Notes under the pieces: generated by a model
Databases searched by the model: none
Told to the model about the DNA's origin: nothing
The model's input: only the letters and a program-made list of their open reading frames with translations
Assembly (NCBI GenBank): GCA_032128875.1
Contig: JAVLKG010000004.1
Location: forward strand, 160,001 to 224,000
DNA: 64,000 bases
Direction of reading: 5' to 3'
From: Candidatus Melainabacteria bacterium 17Bon1m
GTDB lineage: Bacteria; Cyanobacteriota; Vampirovibrionia; Obscuribacterales; Obscuribacteraceae
Program-made: the position numbers and the translations under genes
Shown: piece after piece, positions 1 through 8,470 of the stretch
Numbering within the stretch: the stretch's first letter is position 1
Layout of the letters: the number at the start of each line of letters is the position of its first letter

Positions 1-2
1 CC

Positions 3-221
3 TACTCCATGTTTGTAGATCCCGGTTTCTTTGTTCCTCAATGGATCATGCGCGAAGGTGTCAAAGTTGAGTTGCCTTCGACTCTGACTTTGCTGCGCAA
101 GCGCCTCGACAATGTTTATCTGCACCAAAATGCTCTTGAACCTAAAACGATTCTTGCTGCACGTGGTCAGTTGGCTCATAAGACTCCGGCTACAACCGGC
201 GGAGTATCTGTCTGGCAATAA
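3..221 (+). CDS. C-terminal part of an SRPBCC/START (polyketide cyclase/dehydrase-like) protein, truncated by the window start
   Basis: Frame is open from the window edge. YSMFVDPGFFVPQWIMREGVKVELPSTLTLLRKR matches the last strand plus C-terminal helix pattern of SRPBCC proteins. Confidence 0.55.
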   Translation, partial: YSMFVDPGFFVPQWIMREGVKVELPSTLTLLRKRLDNVYLHQNALEPKTILAARGQLAHKTPATTGGVSVWQ

Positions 222-271
222 GCCAAGATCAGGACTCGTCGTGTTCTTTGCCACGGCTGTTCATCATGACT

Positions 272-287
272 TAGCGCTTAAGCGCTA
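272..287. terminator. Perfect 16-bp palindrome between convergent genes
   Basis: TAGCGCTTAAGCGCTA lies between the stop codons at 221 and 291. Confidence 0.4.
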
Positions 288-290
288 GTG

Positions 291-1886
291 CTATTGATTG
301 GCTTGCTTAATTTCTAACTTCGATTCAGTCTTGGTTTCAGTCTTGGTTGTGACTGTTTTGGTTTCGACCTTGACCTCTGACTTGGGTTCTTTAGGTGCTT
401 GCATTTGAGTGCCGGCCAGAGTGCTCACAAGTGCACCGATGGAAGTACGAACATCGCCAACGCCTGGTGCGTGTCCATTCACCATGATTGTCACAAGAAG
501 AGTTTGACCGCCTGAATTCTTCAGCACGCCTGTAATGCATCTGACACTATCCATGGCACCAGTTTTAAACTTCCAAGAACCAGTCTTTTGTCCGTGTTTT
601 ACATCGCCACCTTTGAGCAAACTGACATAGCCGCCTTCGCCGTATTTGCTTAGCATGTGGCGAAGCACCATATTTAGGGCGTGAGGCGTGACGCAATCTT
701 TACGTGATAGACCACACCCGTCTTTTAGTACGACTTCGTTCATTGGCACGCCGAATGATCCTAGCCAGCCGCGCAAACGAGCCAGCCCTTTTTCTTCCAT
801 GCTGGGATGGTCATTTGATTTGTTATCGCTGCCCAGGGCAACGGTTCTAAGCAATTGCTGAGCATAGAGATTGTCGCTTTGATGAAGGCAAGTCTGAATG
901 ATTTTGGAGAGTGGTTCGGACTTGTGCTCAACGAGAACTGAGAGATTGAGCTCTTTACCTGCTTCGCTGTTTTTGCCACCAAATTTGATGCCGGCGTTTT
1001 TCGCTGCCGTGCGAGCAAGGGCCAGGTTGAACATATTTGGATTGCTGACCACTAAAGGACCGCGCCCTGTCGCTACCGGATATCCGCGATAAGCGCGCAC
1101 TGTGTTGGTTCTATCGTCGTACACCATCCAACCCGGGTAGAGGTCTTGGCGCATAATTGACTTCGAGTGGGCGTTGACCTCCTGGGTGCTGTCGATCTCC
1201 AATAGTTTTGCGTTGTTGGGCAAATTGCCGCCACCAAAGATATTGCTGTCGACAACGAGGTCCGAAGAGACAGGCATCCATTCCTGTCCAAAATCTTCAT
1301 TGAGAAAACTGGGGACAAAGTGGTCGCCACCATTGGGTGTCGGGCTCAGCTTTAGACTGCCATCTACACTCTTTATGCCTTTATTCGACAACTCGCTGAA
1401 GAGACGCATGAGATCTCCGTACGAGAGAGTCGGGTCTTCAGATGGAATAAGATACAAATCCCCTTTGATCTTGCCGCCTTTGATTTCGCCACTACAGGCA
1501 ATGGCGGTGGTGTAGCGATAATTTCCGCCATACGATTCGAAGGCGCATGCAGTTGAAAAAACTTTCGCCGTAGAAGCAGGAGTGAAGCGCTTTTCTCCCT
1601 GGGATGAGCAAACGACGTTGCCGGTCGCGAAGTCCATCACCTCGACTGCCACCTGCGAATTGCGCAGCTCATATCGCTTGAGCCAGGAATTGACCGCATT
1701 TGTTATCGGCATGTCGAACTTCATTTGAGCAGGTCTGGCTGCCGGATTGCTCGCATGTGCGCTTGATGCGCGTCTGCCTGATCCCCGAGCCGCTCTGGCG
1801 GAAGCACTTTTCATAGTCAAAACTTCGCACGCCGACCATACATTAATAAGAACGAGAGCTGAAAGGAGTAAAGATCTTGTTTTCAT
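291..1886 (-). CDS. dacB: D-alanyl-D-alanine carboxypeptidase/endopeptidase (PBP4, peptidase S13)
   Basis: Signal peptide; SxxK (PASTAK), SxN (SDN), DGCGLSR and KTG motifs. Confidence 0.92.
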   Translation of the reverse strand: MKTRSLLLSALVLINVWSACEVLTMKSASARAARGSGRRASSAHASNPAARPAQMKFDMPITNAVNSWLKRYELRNSQVAVEVMDFATGNVVCSSQGEKRFTPASTAKVFSTACAFESYGGNYRYTTAIACSGEIKGGKIKGDLYLIPSEDPTLSYGDLMRLFSELSNKGIKSVDGSLKLSPTPNGGDHFVPSFLNEDFGQEWMPVSSDLVVDSNIFGGGNLPNNAKLLEIDSTQEVNAHSKSIMRQDLYPGWMVYDDRTNTVRAYRGYPVATGRGPLVVSNPNMFNLALARTAAKNAGIKFGGKNSEAGKELNLSVLVEHKSEPLSKIIQTCLHQSDNLYAQQLLRTVALGSDNKSNDHPSMEEKGLARLRGWLGSFGVPMNEVVLKDGCGLSRKDCVTPHALNMVLRHMLSKYGEGGYVSLLKGGDVKHGQKTGSWKFKTGAMDSVRCITGVLKNSGGQTLLVTIMVNGHAPGVGDVRTSIGALVSTLAGTQMQAPKEPKSEVKVETKTVTTKTETKTESKLEIKQANQ

Positions 1887-1933
1887 TCAGGCCGCCATAG
1901 AATCGAGATTTACTTTTTTTTTGGTTCGTCAGT

Positions 1934-2377
1934 TTAGTTGCATAGTTCAAGAATTTTCGGCGGTATTTTGCATGGCCTCATGTTTGACGATGTGAGAAAG
2001 ACTCCTTCATGAATTGCTGAAGTTGCCAATTCGCCACCAACTCTGATCTCGCCTTTGAATTTAATTCTTGCTTTTGAAATCGAATCGATCCACATGTATC
2101 CGTGCGGTTTGTCGAAAAGTTTGATTGCTCGTTTGTATTCAATGTGATGCGCCGTGATGATGGGTACGAATCCATCATTCATGCATTCTTCGAGTGGATA
2201 GTACTTTTCGAAGATTTGGAGCCGCAGCGCTTCAAACCAGCGAAGATAAACGATGTTGGAGACATGTGCTGCAAAATCAATGTCGTAGGTGCCAATGAAA
2301 ATATCCATATCGACGGCAAGCATTCGTTTTTCTTGCGCTGGTGATTCGACTAATTTCTCTGGCGAATTGGCGGTCAT
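1934..2377 (-). CDS. Acyl-CoA thioesterase (hotdog fold, YbgC/4HBT family)
   Basis: DIDFAAHVSNIVYLRWFE motif and hotdog-fold size. Confidence 0.88.
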   Translation of the reverse strand: MTANSPEKLVESPAQEKRMLAVDMDIFIGTYDIDFAAHVSNIVYLRWFEALRLQIFEKYYPLEECMNDGFVPIITAHHIEYKRAIKLFDKPHGYMWIDSISKARIKFKGEIRVGGELATSAIHEGVFLTSSNMRPCKIPPKILELCN

Positions 2378-2465
2378 ATTACTGGTTGGTCTCCTCGATC
2401 TCCTGGCATCGTTTTATCTTAAAACGTGTATTTTAGCCAATTGGGAGCAGACTTACCTGAAGCGA

Positions 2466-2502
2466 AGCGGGCTTTCCTTTGAAAGAAAGCCCGCTCGTTT
2501 TT
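2466..2502. terminator. Intrinsic terminator-like hairpin downstream of the FMN reductase gene
   Basis: Stem AGCGGGCTTTC / GAAAGCCCGCT; the T-tract is on the + strand. Confidence 0.65.
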
Positions 2503-2544
2503 GCGCTTATGGGAACCGGCGTTAACCGGCATGAATGTTGACTT

Positions 2545-3084
2545 TTACGAAACCCTAATCGGCCCGGTCACAGAAATCATGCGTCTGGCGGTGTCTGCCA
2601 GCTCAACTATACGTCTTTGCATGTCTGTATCCGTGATCTGACTTGCCTGGAACGAGGAGCCATCTGCGTAGACGAAGCGCGGGATGATCACGCAACGAAA
2701 ATCCAGCATCAGGCTGTTGGCGACATTCATGACCGACATATAGCTCGACTTTCCGCCTGCTGCGCAGAGGAAGCCAACTAATTTGTCTGTCCAAGAGCGG
2801 CCGGTCAGTTCGATCAAATTCTTGGCTGCTGCGGACAAATAGAAGTTGTATACAGGTGCAGCCATGAGAACGCAACGCGCATTAGCAATCAAACTGGAAA
2901 GTTCTTGCACATTCGCGTCGCTGTAGCAGGCGCCCGCATCGCAGACAGGCAGCGGGTAATCCTGCAGGTCGATAAACTTGACCTTGTCTTTCTTGGCCAA
3001 TTCATCAAACACTTCTTTCGCCATGATGCGGCTGTTGCTTTCTGGATTTAAGCTCGTGCTGATGACCAGATAGTCGTATGTCAT
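2545..3084 (-). CDS. NADPH-dependent FMN reductase (flavodoxin-like)
   Basis: STSLNPESNS phosphate loop, APVYN and KNLIE motifs; start taken at ATG 3084 (MTYDY). Confidence 0.88.
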   Translation of the reverse strand: MTYDYLVISTSLNPESNSRIMAKEVFDELAKKDKVKFIDLQDYPLPVCDAGACYSDANVQELSSLIANARCVLMAAPVYNFYLSAAAKNLIELTGRSWTDKLVGFLCAAGGKSSYMSVMNVANSLMLDFRCVIIPRFVYADGSSFQASQITDTDMQRRIVELADTARRMISVTGPIRVS

Positions 3085-3155
3085 GATTCTTCTCCGCGCA
3101 ATTATTGTCAGTTCAAATGCAGATTCTGATCGCAACCGGGTGTAGTTTATTGCGC

Positions 3156-3686
3156 TCAGGCTGCAGATTCAGAGCTTTTTGAACTGGGCTCTTTGCTCTG
3201 TAATTTTGGCTCGATTTCTGTGGTTTTGTTTTGCACTTTGTCGAGAGCCTTGATGTATCGATTTGCGTGATAGCGCTCAACAAGCCCAAGCGCTTTGAAT
3301 CGCTTCGCCGCTTTGATGAAGATCTCAGCGTGTTGTGCTGACTCCTTAGCTTGCTCTTGAAATTCACTAACGGCAGCTTGATCGCCCTCTTGAACAGCGA
3401 CTCGCTCGAATTCAGGATACATCTGATTGGTTTCATATAGCTCACCTTCAATCGCCAATTCAAGAATTCTTTCCACAGTCATTTCGTTTGACGGGTAAAG
3501 CAGCTCCAGGTGAGCAAACGCGTGACCAGTCTCTTGATGCGCAGTTTCTTCAAACAAGTCGGCGACTTCATCTGCGCCTAACTTACGTGCGATTTTTGCG
3601 AAGTACAGGTACTTACGATTTGCCATTGATTCGCCTGCGAAGGCTGATTCTAAGTTTTTTTCGGTTTGTGTGTTGTGTTGATGCAT
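3156..3686 (-). CDS. rbr: Rubrerythrin-family diiron peroxidase lacking a rubredoxin domain
   Basis: NLESAFAGES, ETGHA, EGELYE..MYPEF and ESAQHA diiron motifs; SD AAGGAG. Confidence 0.92.
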   Translation of the reverse strand: MHQHNTQTEKNLESAFAGESMANRKYLYFAKIARKLGADEVADLFEETAHQETGHAFAHLELLYPSNEMTVERILELAIEGELYETNQMYPEFERVAVQEGDQAAVSEFQEQAKESAQHAEIFIKAAKRFKALGLVERYHANRYIKALDKVQNKTTEIEPKLQSKEPSSKSSESAA

Positions 3687-3697
3687 GAGAACTCCTT

Positions 3698-3729
3698 CTA
3701 GATCGCTTCTATTCTTAGACTCGATCTAA
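3698..3729. promoter_or_regulatory. Two tandem putative PerR operators upstream of rubrerythrin
   Basis: CTAGA-TCGCT-TCTAT (3698-3712) and TTAGA-CTCGA-TCTAA (3715-3729); same palindrome as in the perR promoter. Confidence 0.7.
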
Positions 3730-3738
3730 ATTGTGGGT

Positions 3739-3761
3739 AAAAAAAAGCGTTGAAACGCTTT
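3739..3761 (-). terminator. Terminator-like hairpin after perR
   Basis: AAAGCGTT/AACGCTTT stem running into a T8 tract on the minus strand. Confidence 0.5.
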
Positions 3762-3778
3762 ATATTGTGTCTATCGCC

Positions 3779-4204
3779 TTATTCACTTGTATTTCCTGCT
3801 TTTCCGCCGACTACTTCACCAAAAATAGTCACGTGAAAGCTACGAACCTTGTATTTATCGCCCAATTCAAGCTTTATTTGGTTGAGCGTTTCGGCCGGAA
3901 TGTCGATTACATCGCCAGTCTCGATATCTACAAAGTGGTGGTGGTCTGACATATTGGCGTCATATCGCACCCTTCCGGCTTCTGTAGTCACTTCTTGAAC
4001 CACGCCAGCGGCAACAAGTGCGTTAAGCGTGTTGTAGACAGTGGCTCTCGATAAACTGACAGGCAATTTAGTCTTAACCGCCTGAAACACCTCGTCGGCA
4101 GTTGGGTGACTGTGAGTGCCTAGAAGATATTCTGCAATGACCATGCGTTGGGGCGTTGGTTTGACCCCATGCGTGCTCAGTAACTCTTCTACGTTGTGTT
4201 TCAT
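3779..4204 (-). CDS. perR: Fur-family regulator, probably PerR
   Basis: TPQR, HPTADEV, SRATVYNTL, RYD and HHHF motifs; adjacent to rubrerythrin. Confidence 0.88.
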   Translation of the reverse strand: MKHNVEELLSTHGVKPTPQRMVIAEYLLGTHSHPTADEVFQAVKTKLPVSLSRATVYNTLNALVAAGVVQEVTTEAGRVRYDANMSDHHHFVDIETGDVIDIPAETLNQIKLELGDKYKVRSFHVTIFGEVVGGKAGNTSE

Positions 4205-4263
4205 GGCTTTCCGGCCTTTTCTTTGGGTGGCAAACTTAAATTGCCGGTTTGAATCTGTCTGTA

Positions 4264-4295
4264 TTTAGAATAAGTCTAAACGTGGACATTGTCAA
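4264..4295 (-). promoter_or_regulatory. Sigma70 promoter of perR with an overlapping palindromic operator
   Basis: Minus strand TTGACA (4295-4290), 17-nt spacer, TATTCT (4272-4267). The palindrome TTTAGA-ATAAG-TCTAAA (4264-4280) covers the -10 element. Confidence 0.75.
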
Positions 4296-4439
4296 CCCCG
4301 CTTGATCATCTTTCATAAAACGTATGTCCGCACCCGATTTTCGTCTATAAAATAGGTTCGATTCGAATCTATATAATCCAAATAATCCGATCATATTCAA
4401 TAACTAGGCAAATCGGTCAGTAAAGGAGTGGAAGGCTAA

Positions 4440-4673
4440 ATGGCGCTCAATGTAATTAAGAAAGCCATTGAAGAAGGCAAAATGCGTTGTCCTGAGTGCA
4501 AGGGCTCAGTAAAGCAATTTGATAAGTATGTTGAAACCTGCGACTCCGTCTGGGATGGTGCCGGCGACTCCGGGTTGGAAACCAAAGATGCAAAAGTGAC
4601 GCTGATCTGCGGCAATGGTGGCTGCCAATGGCGTGAGCGCACCGAGTATTGGTCGGAATATATAGAAGACTAA
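4440..4673 (+). CDS. Small Cys-rich (zinc-ribbon/rubredoxin-like) protein
   Basis: SD AAAGGAG; CPEC ... CGNGGC; 77 aa. Confidence 0.75.
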   Translation: MALNVIKKAIEEGKMRCPECKGSVKQFDKYVETCDSVWDGAGDSGLETKDAKVTLICGNGGCQWRERTEYWSEYIED

Positions 4674-5704
4674 CTCTCTGTTTTGGTGGCGCCATCTGCT
4701 TCCTTTTCAGGTTGCGACAGCGAAGAGCTTGTATCTGCGGGATCCGTTTCGTCCGTCGGAGATTGTGCAGGAGCTGATTTTGCTTCGATTGCTTCGGCGT
4801 GTTTGAGGCAAGCTTCGCTTTGAGCGCGATTGCCGCGTGCAGTATTGAGATCTGCGAGTTTTCGCCAAATATATGCAGACTCCGCTGAATCGGGTCCACT
4901 CTTCTTTTCTGTAAGCGCAAGCGCGCGCTTCAAAAGCTGCTCGGCAAGCGGGTATTGCCCCATAGTTTTGTAAGTCACTGCCATGCCGATTAGATTCACA
5001 GGGGTGTCTGCATCGGCAGTGTGTCCGGCCGCACCATTCTGAATGGCTTGCCTGTACTCGCTTTCCATATCATCGAGGCGACTTTCTCTGGCTTTTATGT
5101 TTTCAATCGTCTTTGCCAGTGCTTGTTCTGCGATTTCTCTGTCTTTGCCGGTGCCACTGCGCGACATTGTTTGCAATGCAGAGACGGTTCCTTGACTGGC
5201 ATAAATAGCTGCAATCCGCCCGGCTAATTTTGCATCGGCCAATGAATTGATAGCTAGAATTGCTGCCTTTTTGCTCTGCTCGCTGCCGGTAAGGTGAGGA
5301 ATGAACTTCTCGATCGTTTGAATTTCCTGAACTTTCAACTGCTGCTGGTTATATGTATAAGTGAAAACACCGCCGGCAAGGAAGATGAAAACACCGGAAA
5401 TAATCGGCGCCACCGCAGCGATTTTGTCCCACATATCTTTTTCAGGTCTAGGCGCACTTGTCACCGTAAGTGAGGCAGAGCCATCACTACCCGTAATCTT
5501 TTTTACTACGTCAGGAGCACGTTCAAGCTTTGGTTCCGCTTGATCTGCGCTTTCTGTCATTACTGATGAGTCGTCCATTTGTAGATTTCCTGATCGCGCA
5601 GGGCGCGTAGAATGCTCGCTTCGGCTGCCCGTGTCCGTGCGCGCAGTTCTTTGAATCACAGTCAAAGTATATTCCTGTGCCGTATTTGGATCAAATTGAT
5701 TCAT
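4670..5704 (-). CDS. Membrane-anchored TPR protein
   Basis: One TM segment; TPR pattern GQYPLAEQLLKRALAL..K..GPD. Confidence 0.75.
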   Translation of the reverse strand: MNQFDPNTAQEYTLTVIQRTARTDTGSRSEHSTRPARSGNLQMDDSSVMTESADQAEPKLERAPDVVKKITGSDGSASLTVTSAPRPEKDMWDKIAAVAPIISGVFIFLAGGVFTYTYNQQQLKVQEIQTIEKFIPHLTGSEQSKKAAILAINSLADAKLAGRIAAIYASQGTVSALQTMSRSGTGKDREIAEQALAKTIENIKARESRLDDMESEYRQAIQNGAAGHTADADTPVNLIGMAVTYKTMGQYPLAEQLLKRALALTEKKSGPDSAESAYIWRKLADLNTARGNRAQSEACLKHAEAIEAKSAPAQSPTDETDPADTSSSLSQPEKEADGATKTES

Positions 5705-5862
5705 TCAGATTTGATTCTCTGTCTCAATGAATGGATGATGGGCACGTGATTTGCGCCTTTGTAAATAAAGGTTCAATGCATTCAAATGTGCTAATCTACT
5801 GAGCTTCTATCACATTGTCTGTGTAATTCTTGTGAATTGCCTGTGTGGTGTTGGAGGCGATT

Positions 5863-6873
5863 GTGTCCGTCAAAACTCAAGAAAAAATGCGTGCCGTCAT
5901 TATCACCAAATTTGGCGAGCCCGAAGTGCTGAAAGTAGAACAAGTCGAAGCGCCGCAGCCGGAGCGCGGCGAGGTGCGCGTAAGAGTAATGGCGACATCC
6001 GTTAATCGTGCAGATGTTGTGCAGCGTCTAGGTAATTATCCTGCACCACCGGACTGTCCTCAAAACATTCCTGGTTTGGAATTCGCCGGTATTGTGGATG
6101 CCATCGGCGATGGTGCTGGAGATTGGAAGACAGGCGATCGTGTATTCGGCTTGTGTGGCGGCGGTGCGTATGCCGAATATGTGGTGGTTCATGGTCGCAC
6201 GCTGGCACCGATACCAGCGAATTTATCATTTACAGAAGCGGCAGCCATTCCTGAAGTATTCATGACTGCTTACGATGCATTGGTTTCACAAATGCGGCTT
6301 GTCTCTGGCGACGATGTTTTAATCAGCGCTGTGGGAAGTGGTGTCGGCACCGCAGCCGTCCAGATTGTCAAAGCTCTGGGCGCGCGCTCGATTGGCACAA
6401 GCCGCACAAAAGACAAGTTGGAGCAGGCGAAAAAACTGGGCCTGGATGACGGCATATTGGTGCAGGATGGAAAATTCGCAGAAGAGGTTTTGAAAGTTAC
6501 TGGTGGCAAGGGGATTGACCTTGTGCTTGAACTCACCGGTGGTGCATATGTTGAAGAAGATATCGCTTGTCTGGCTCCCCAAGGGCGTCTAATAGTTGTT
6601 GGTTTGGTGGCAGGTGCGAAGGCCAATGTAAATCTTGGAAAAGTTTTGAGCAACAGACTCGAAATTAAGGGAACCACGATGCGGCGCCGTCCGCTCGAAG
6701 AAAAAATCCAGGCTAATAACATTTTTGTCAAACAAGTTTTGCCACTCTTTGAGAAAGGGCTCTTGAAGCCGATTGTCGCCAAGATTTTTAAACTCGAAGA
6801 AGCCGCCGAAGCACATCACTTCATGCAGGCAGACAAGAACTTCGGAAAAGTTGTTCTGAGTCTCGAGAGCTAG
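5863..6873 (+). CDS. NAD(P)H:quinone oxidoreductase (MDR, PIG3 family)
   Basis: VNRAD, PGLEFAG, AVGSGVGTAA and NFGKVVL motifs; GGAGG SD precedes GTG 5863. Confidence 0.93.
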   Translation: MSVKTQEKMRAVIITKFGEPEVLKVEQVEAPQPERGEVRVRVMATSVNRADVVQRLGNYPAPPDCPQNIPGLEFAGIVDAIGDGAGDWKTGDRVFGLCGGGAYAEYVVVHGRTLAPIPANLSFTEAAAIPEVFMTAYDALVSQMRLVSGDDVLISAVGSGVGTAAVQIVKALGARSIGTSRTKDKLEQAKKLGLDDGILVQDGKFAEEVLKVTGGKGIDLVLELTGGAYVEEDIACLAPQGRLIVVGLVAGAKANVNLGKVLSNRLEIKGTTMRRRPLEEKIQANNIFVKQVLPLFEKGLLKPIVAKIFKLEEAAEAHHFMQADKNFGKVVLSLES

Positions 6874-7808
6874 TGCGTATATCGGAAATACAGTGGCGAC
6901 TGCAACGTATGTCCAATGAATCTGTTGAAGATGCGCAGCCGACGGAAGATGGCTCTCTGACACTAAGAGATCCCGAGACCGGTGAGCTGTATCATAATCG
7001 CGCTGGTGCTTATACAGAAGCACTTGCTAATTTCGTAGAACCCCTTAATTTGTCCGAGTTGGCGTCGACAAATGATCAATTGGCTTTTCTTGATGTGTGC
7101 TTTGGTTTGGGTTACAACACCTTATGCCTTTTGAACGAGCTGGCTAAGTTGGAGTTGAAGGCTGAGTCAATCAAAATCGTCGCAATCGAAAAGTTTCAAA
7201 AACCTCTCCTTTATATAAGTAGAGTTTTGTCTGACAATCGATTCCACCATTTGCAAAAACAGATTCTCTCGCAAGCTCCAAGATTGTCTGCTGGAGAGTT
7301 TGGCAGCAGCGAGTTTGCGTTGCACTGCAGGCAAGGGTCTGTGCGAGTGAACTTTGAAATACTTCAGGGTGACTTGCGTGAAGTGGTGCCGCAGATGGTT
7401 GCACACCACAGCGGTATTTTCCATGGAATCTTCCACGACCCCTTTTCTCCCCGCCGCGCTCCAGAATTGTGGACAATCGATCTCTTCGAGTGCTACAAGC
7501 AACTACTTTGCCAACCAAACGGTAAGGTAGTTACTTACAGCTCTGCAAGCGCGATTCGCGGTGCCTTTAGACAATGTGGGCTGATAGTGCGAAGGACTAC
7601 CGCGGTAGGTGGAAAGTCCGGAGGTACGCTGGCCATGCTTCCCTCCGCGAATGTCACAGAAGAGCAAGGACTGCCACTGCTTGAAGAGGAGATGGCGAAA
7701 CTCGCTGGTAGAGCCGGAGTTCCCTATCGTGATGCGCAATTTTGTAAAACGTCAAGAGAAATATTGAAAGCGCGCGAAGCAGAGCAAAGACTGCTATTCC
7801 CCTATTAA
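6873..7808 (+). CDS. Stand-alone MnmC/MnmD-type SAM methyltransferase (tRNA mnm5s2U)
   Basis: DGSLTL, ELYHN..GA..EA, LDVCFGLGYN, HDPFSP...PELWT and TYS motifs. Start may be ATG 6909. Confidence 0.85.
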   Translation: MRISEIQWRLQRMSNESVEDAQPTEDGSLTLRDPETGELYHNRAGAYTEALANFVEPLNLSELASTNDQLAFLDVCFGLGYNTLCLLNELAKLELKAESIKIVAIEKFQKPLLYISRVLSDNRFHHLQKQILSQAPRLSAGEFGSSEFALHCRQGSVRVNFEILQGDLREVVPQMVAHHSGIFHGIFHDPFSPRRAPELWTIDLFECYKQLLCQPNGKVVTYSSASAIRGAFRQCGLIVRRTTAVGGKSGGTLAMLPSANVTEEQGLPLLEEEMAKLAGRAGVPYRDAQFCKTSREILKAREAEQRLLFPY

Positions 7809-8018
7809 TGAACATTTTGGGTCTTTCAATTTTTGATGCTGCCGCAATTGTTTTGTATATAAAAGCAGTACCGCCTTTGCGCCATTTTTAGAGAACCGCA
7901 TCTAGAGCCAGCCTCAGAATGAAGAAAATATGAATATGAGTCGCGTTTAATCAAAATGCGAGAACATTTAGCACCTCCCTGCGTCTTCCAATACGTGAAA
8001 GCAAGGAGGCTATGTCCT

Positions 8019-8354
8019 ATGAAGAAGATTATGACACTCGGACTCGTCGCAGGTGCATTGGCACTCACGACCGCTGCCTTCGCGCCTACAGAAGCTCAAG
8101 CTAATGATCGCGAGAAAGCCTTGAATCAATTGGCAATGCAAATGTACATGAATAATATGGCGGCGCAAGGACAGTATTACAACAACCCATATTACGGTAA
8201 CCCGTATTACAACAACGGCTACGGATATGGACGCTATATAAACGGCAATGGCTATTGGAGAAATAACCATTACTTCAACAACAACTGGAACAACGGCTAC
8301 TACAACGGTAGAAGTCTAAATACAGTCGGAAGAATTCTCAACCGAATCTTCTAA
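8019..8354 (+). CDS. Small secreted Asn/Tyr/Gly-rich protein
   Basis: AAGGAGG SD at 8003-8009; signal peptide ending AQA; followed by its own terminator. Confidence 0.8.
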   Translation: MKKIMTLGLVAGALALTTAAFAPTEAQANDREKALNQLAMQMYMNNMAAQGQYYNNPYYGNPYYNNGYGYGRYINGNGYWRNNHYFNNNWNNGYYNGRSLNTVGRILNRIF

Positions 8355-8370
8355 ACGCGTTGTAAAACCG

Positions 8371-8399
8371 GGCGGCAAGGCACCTGCTTGCCGCCTTTA
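8371..8399 (+). terminator. Intrinsic terminator
   Basis: GGCGGCAAG/CTTGCCGCC stem followed by TTT. Confidence 0.65.
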
Positions 8400-8428
8400 C
8401 TAGTCAGACAAACAGTTTTTCGGCACGG

Positions 8429-8454
8429 AAGCAGCACCATCCCCGGTGCTGCTT
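8429..8454. terminator. Hairpin downstream of kdsD
   Basis: AAGCAGCACC/GGTGCTGCTT stem. Confidence 0.55.
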
Positions 8455-8470
8455 TCGAATTTTCTGACCG

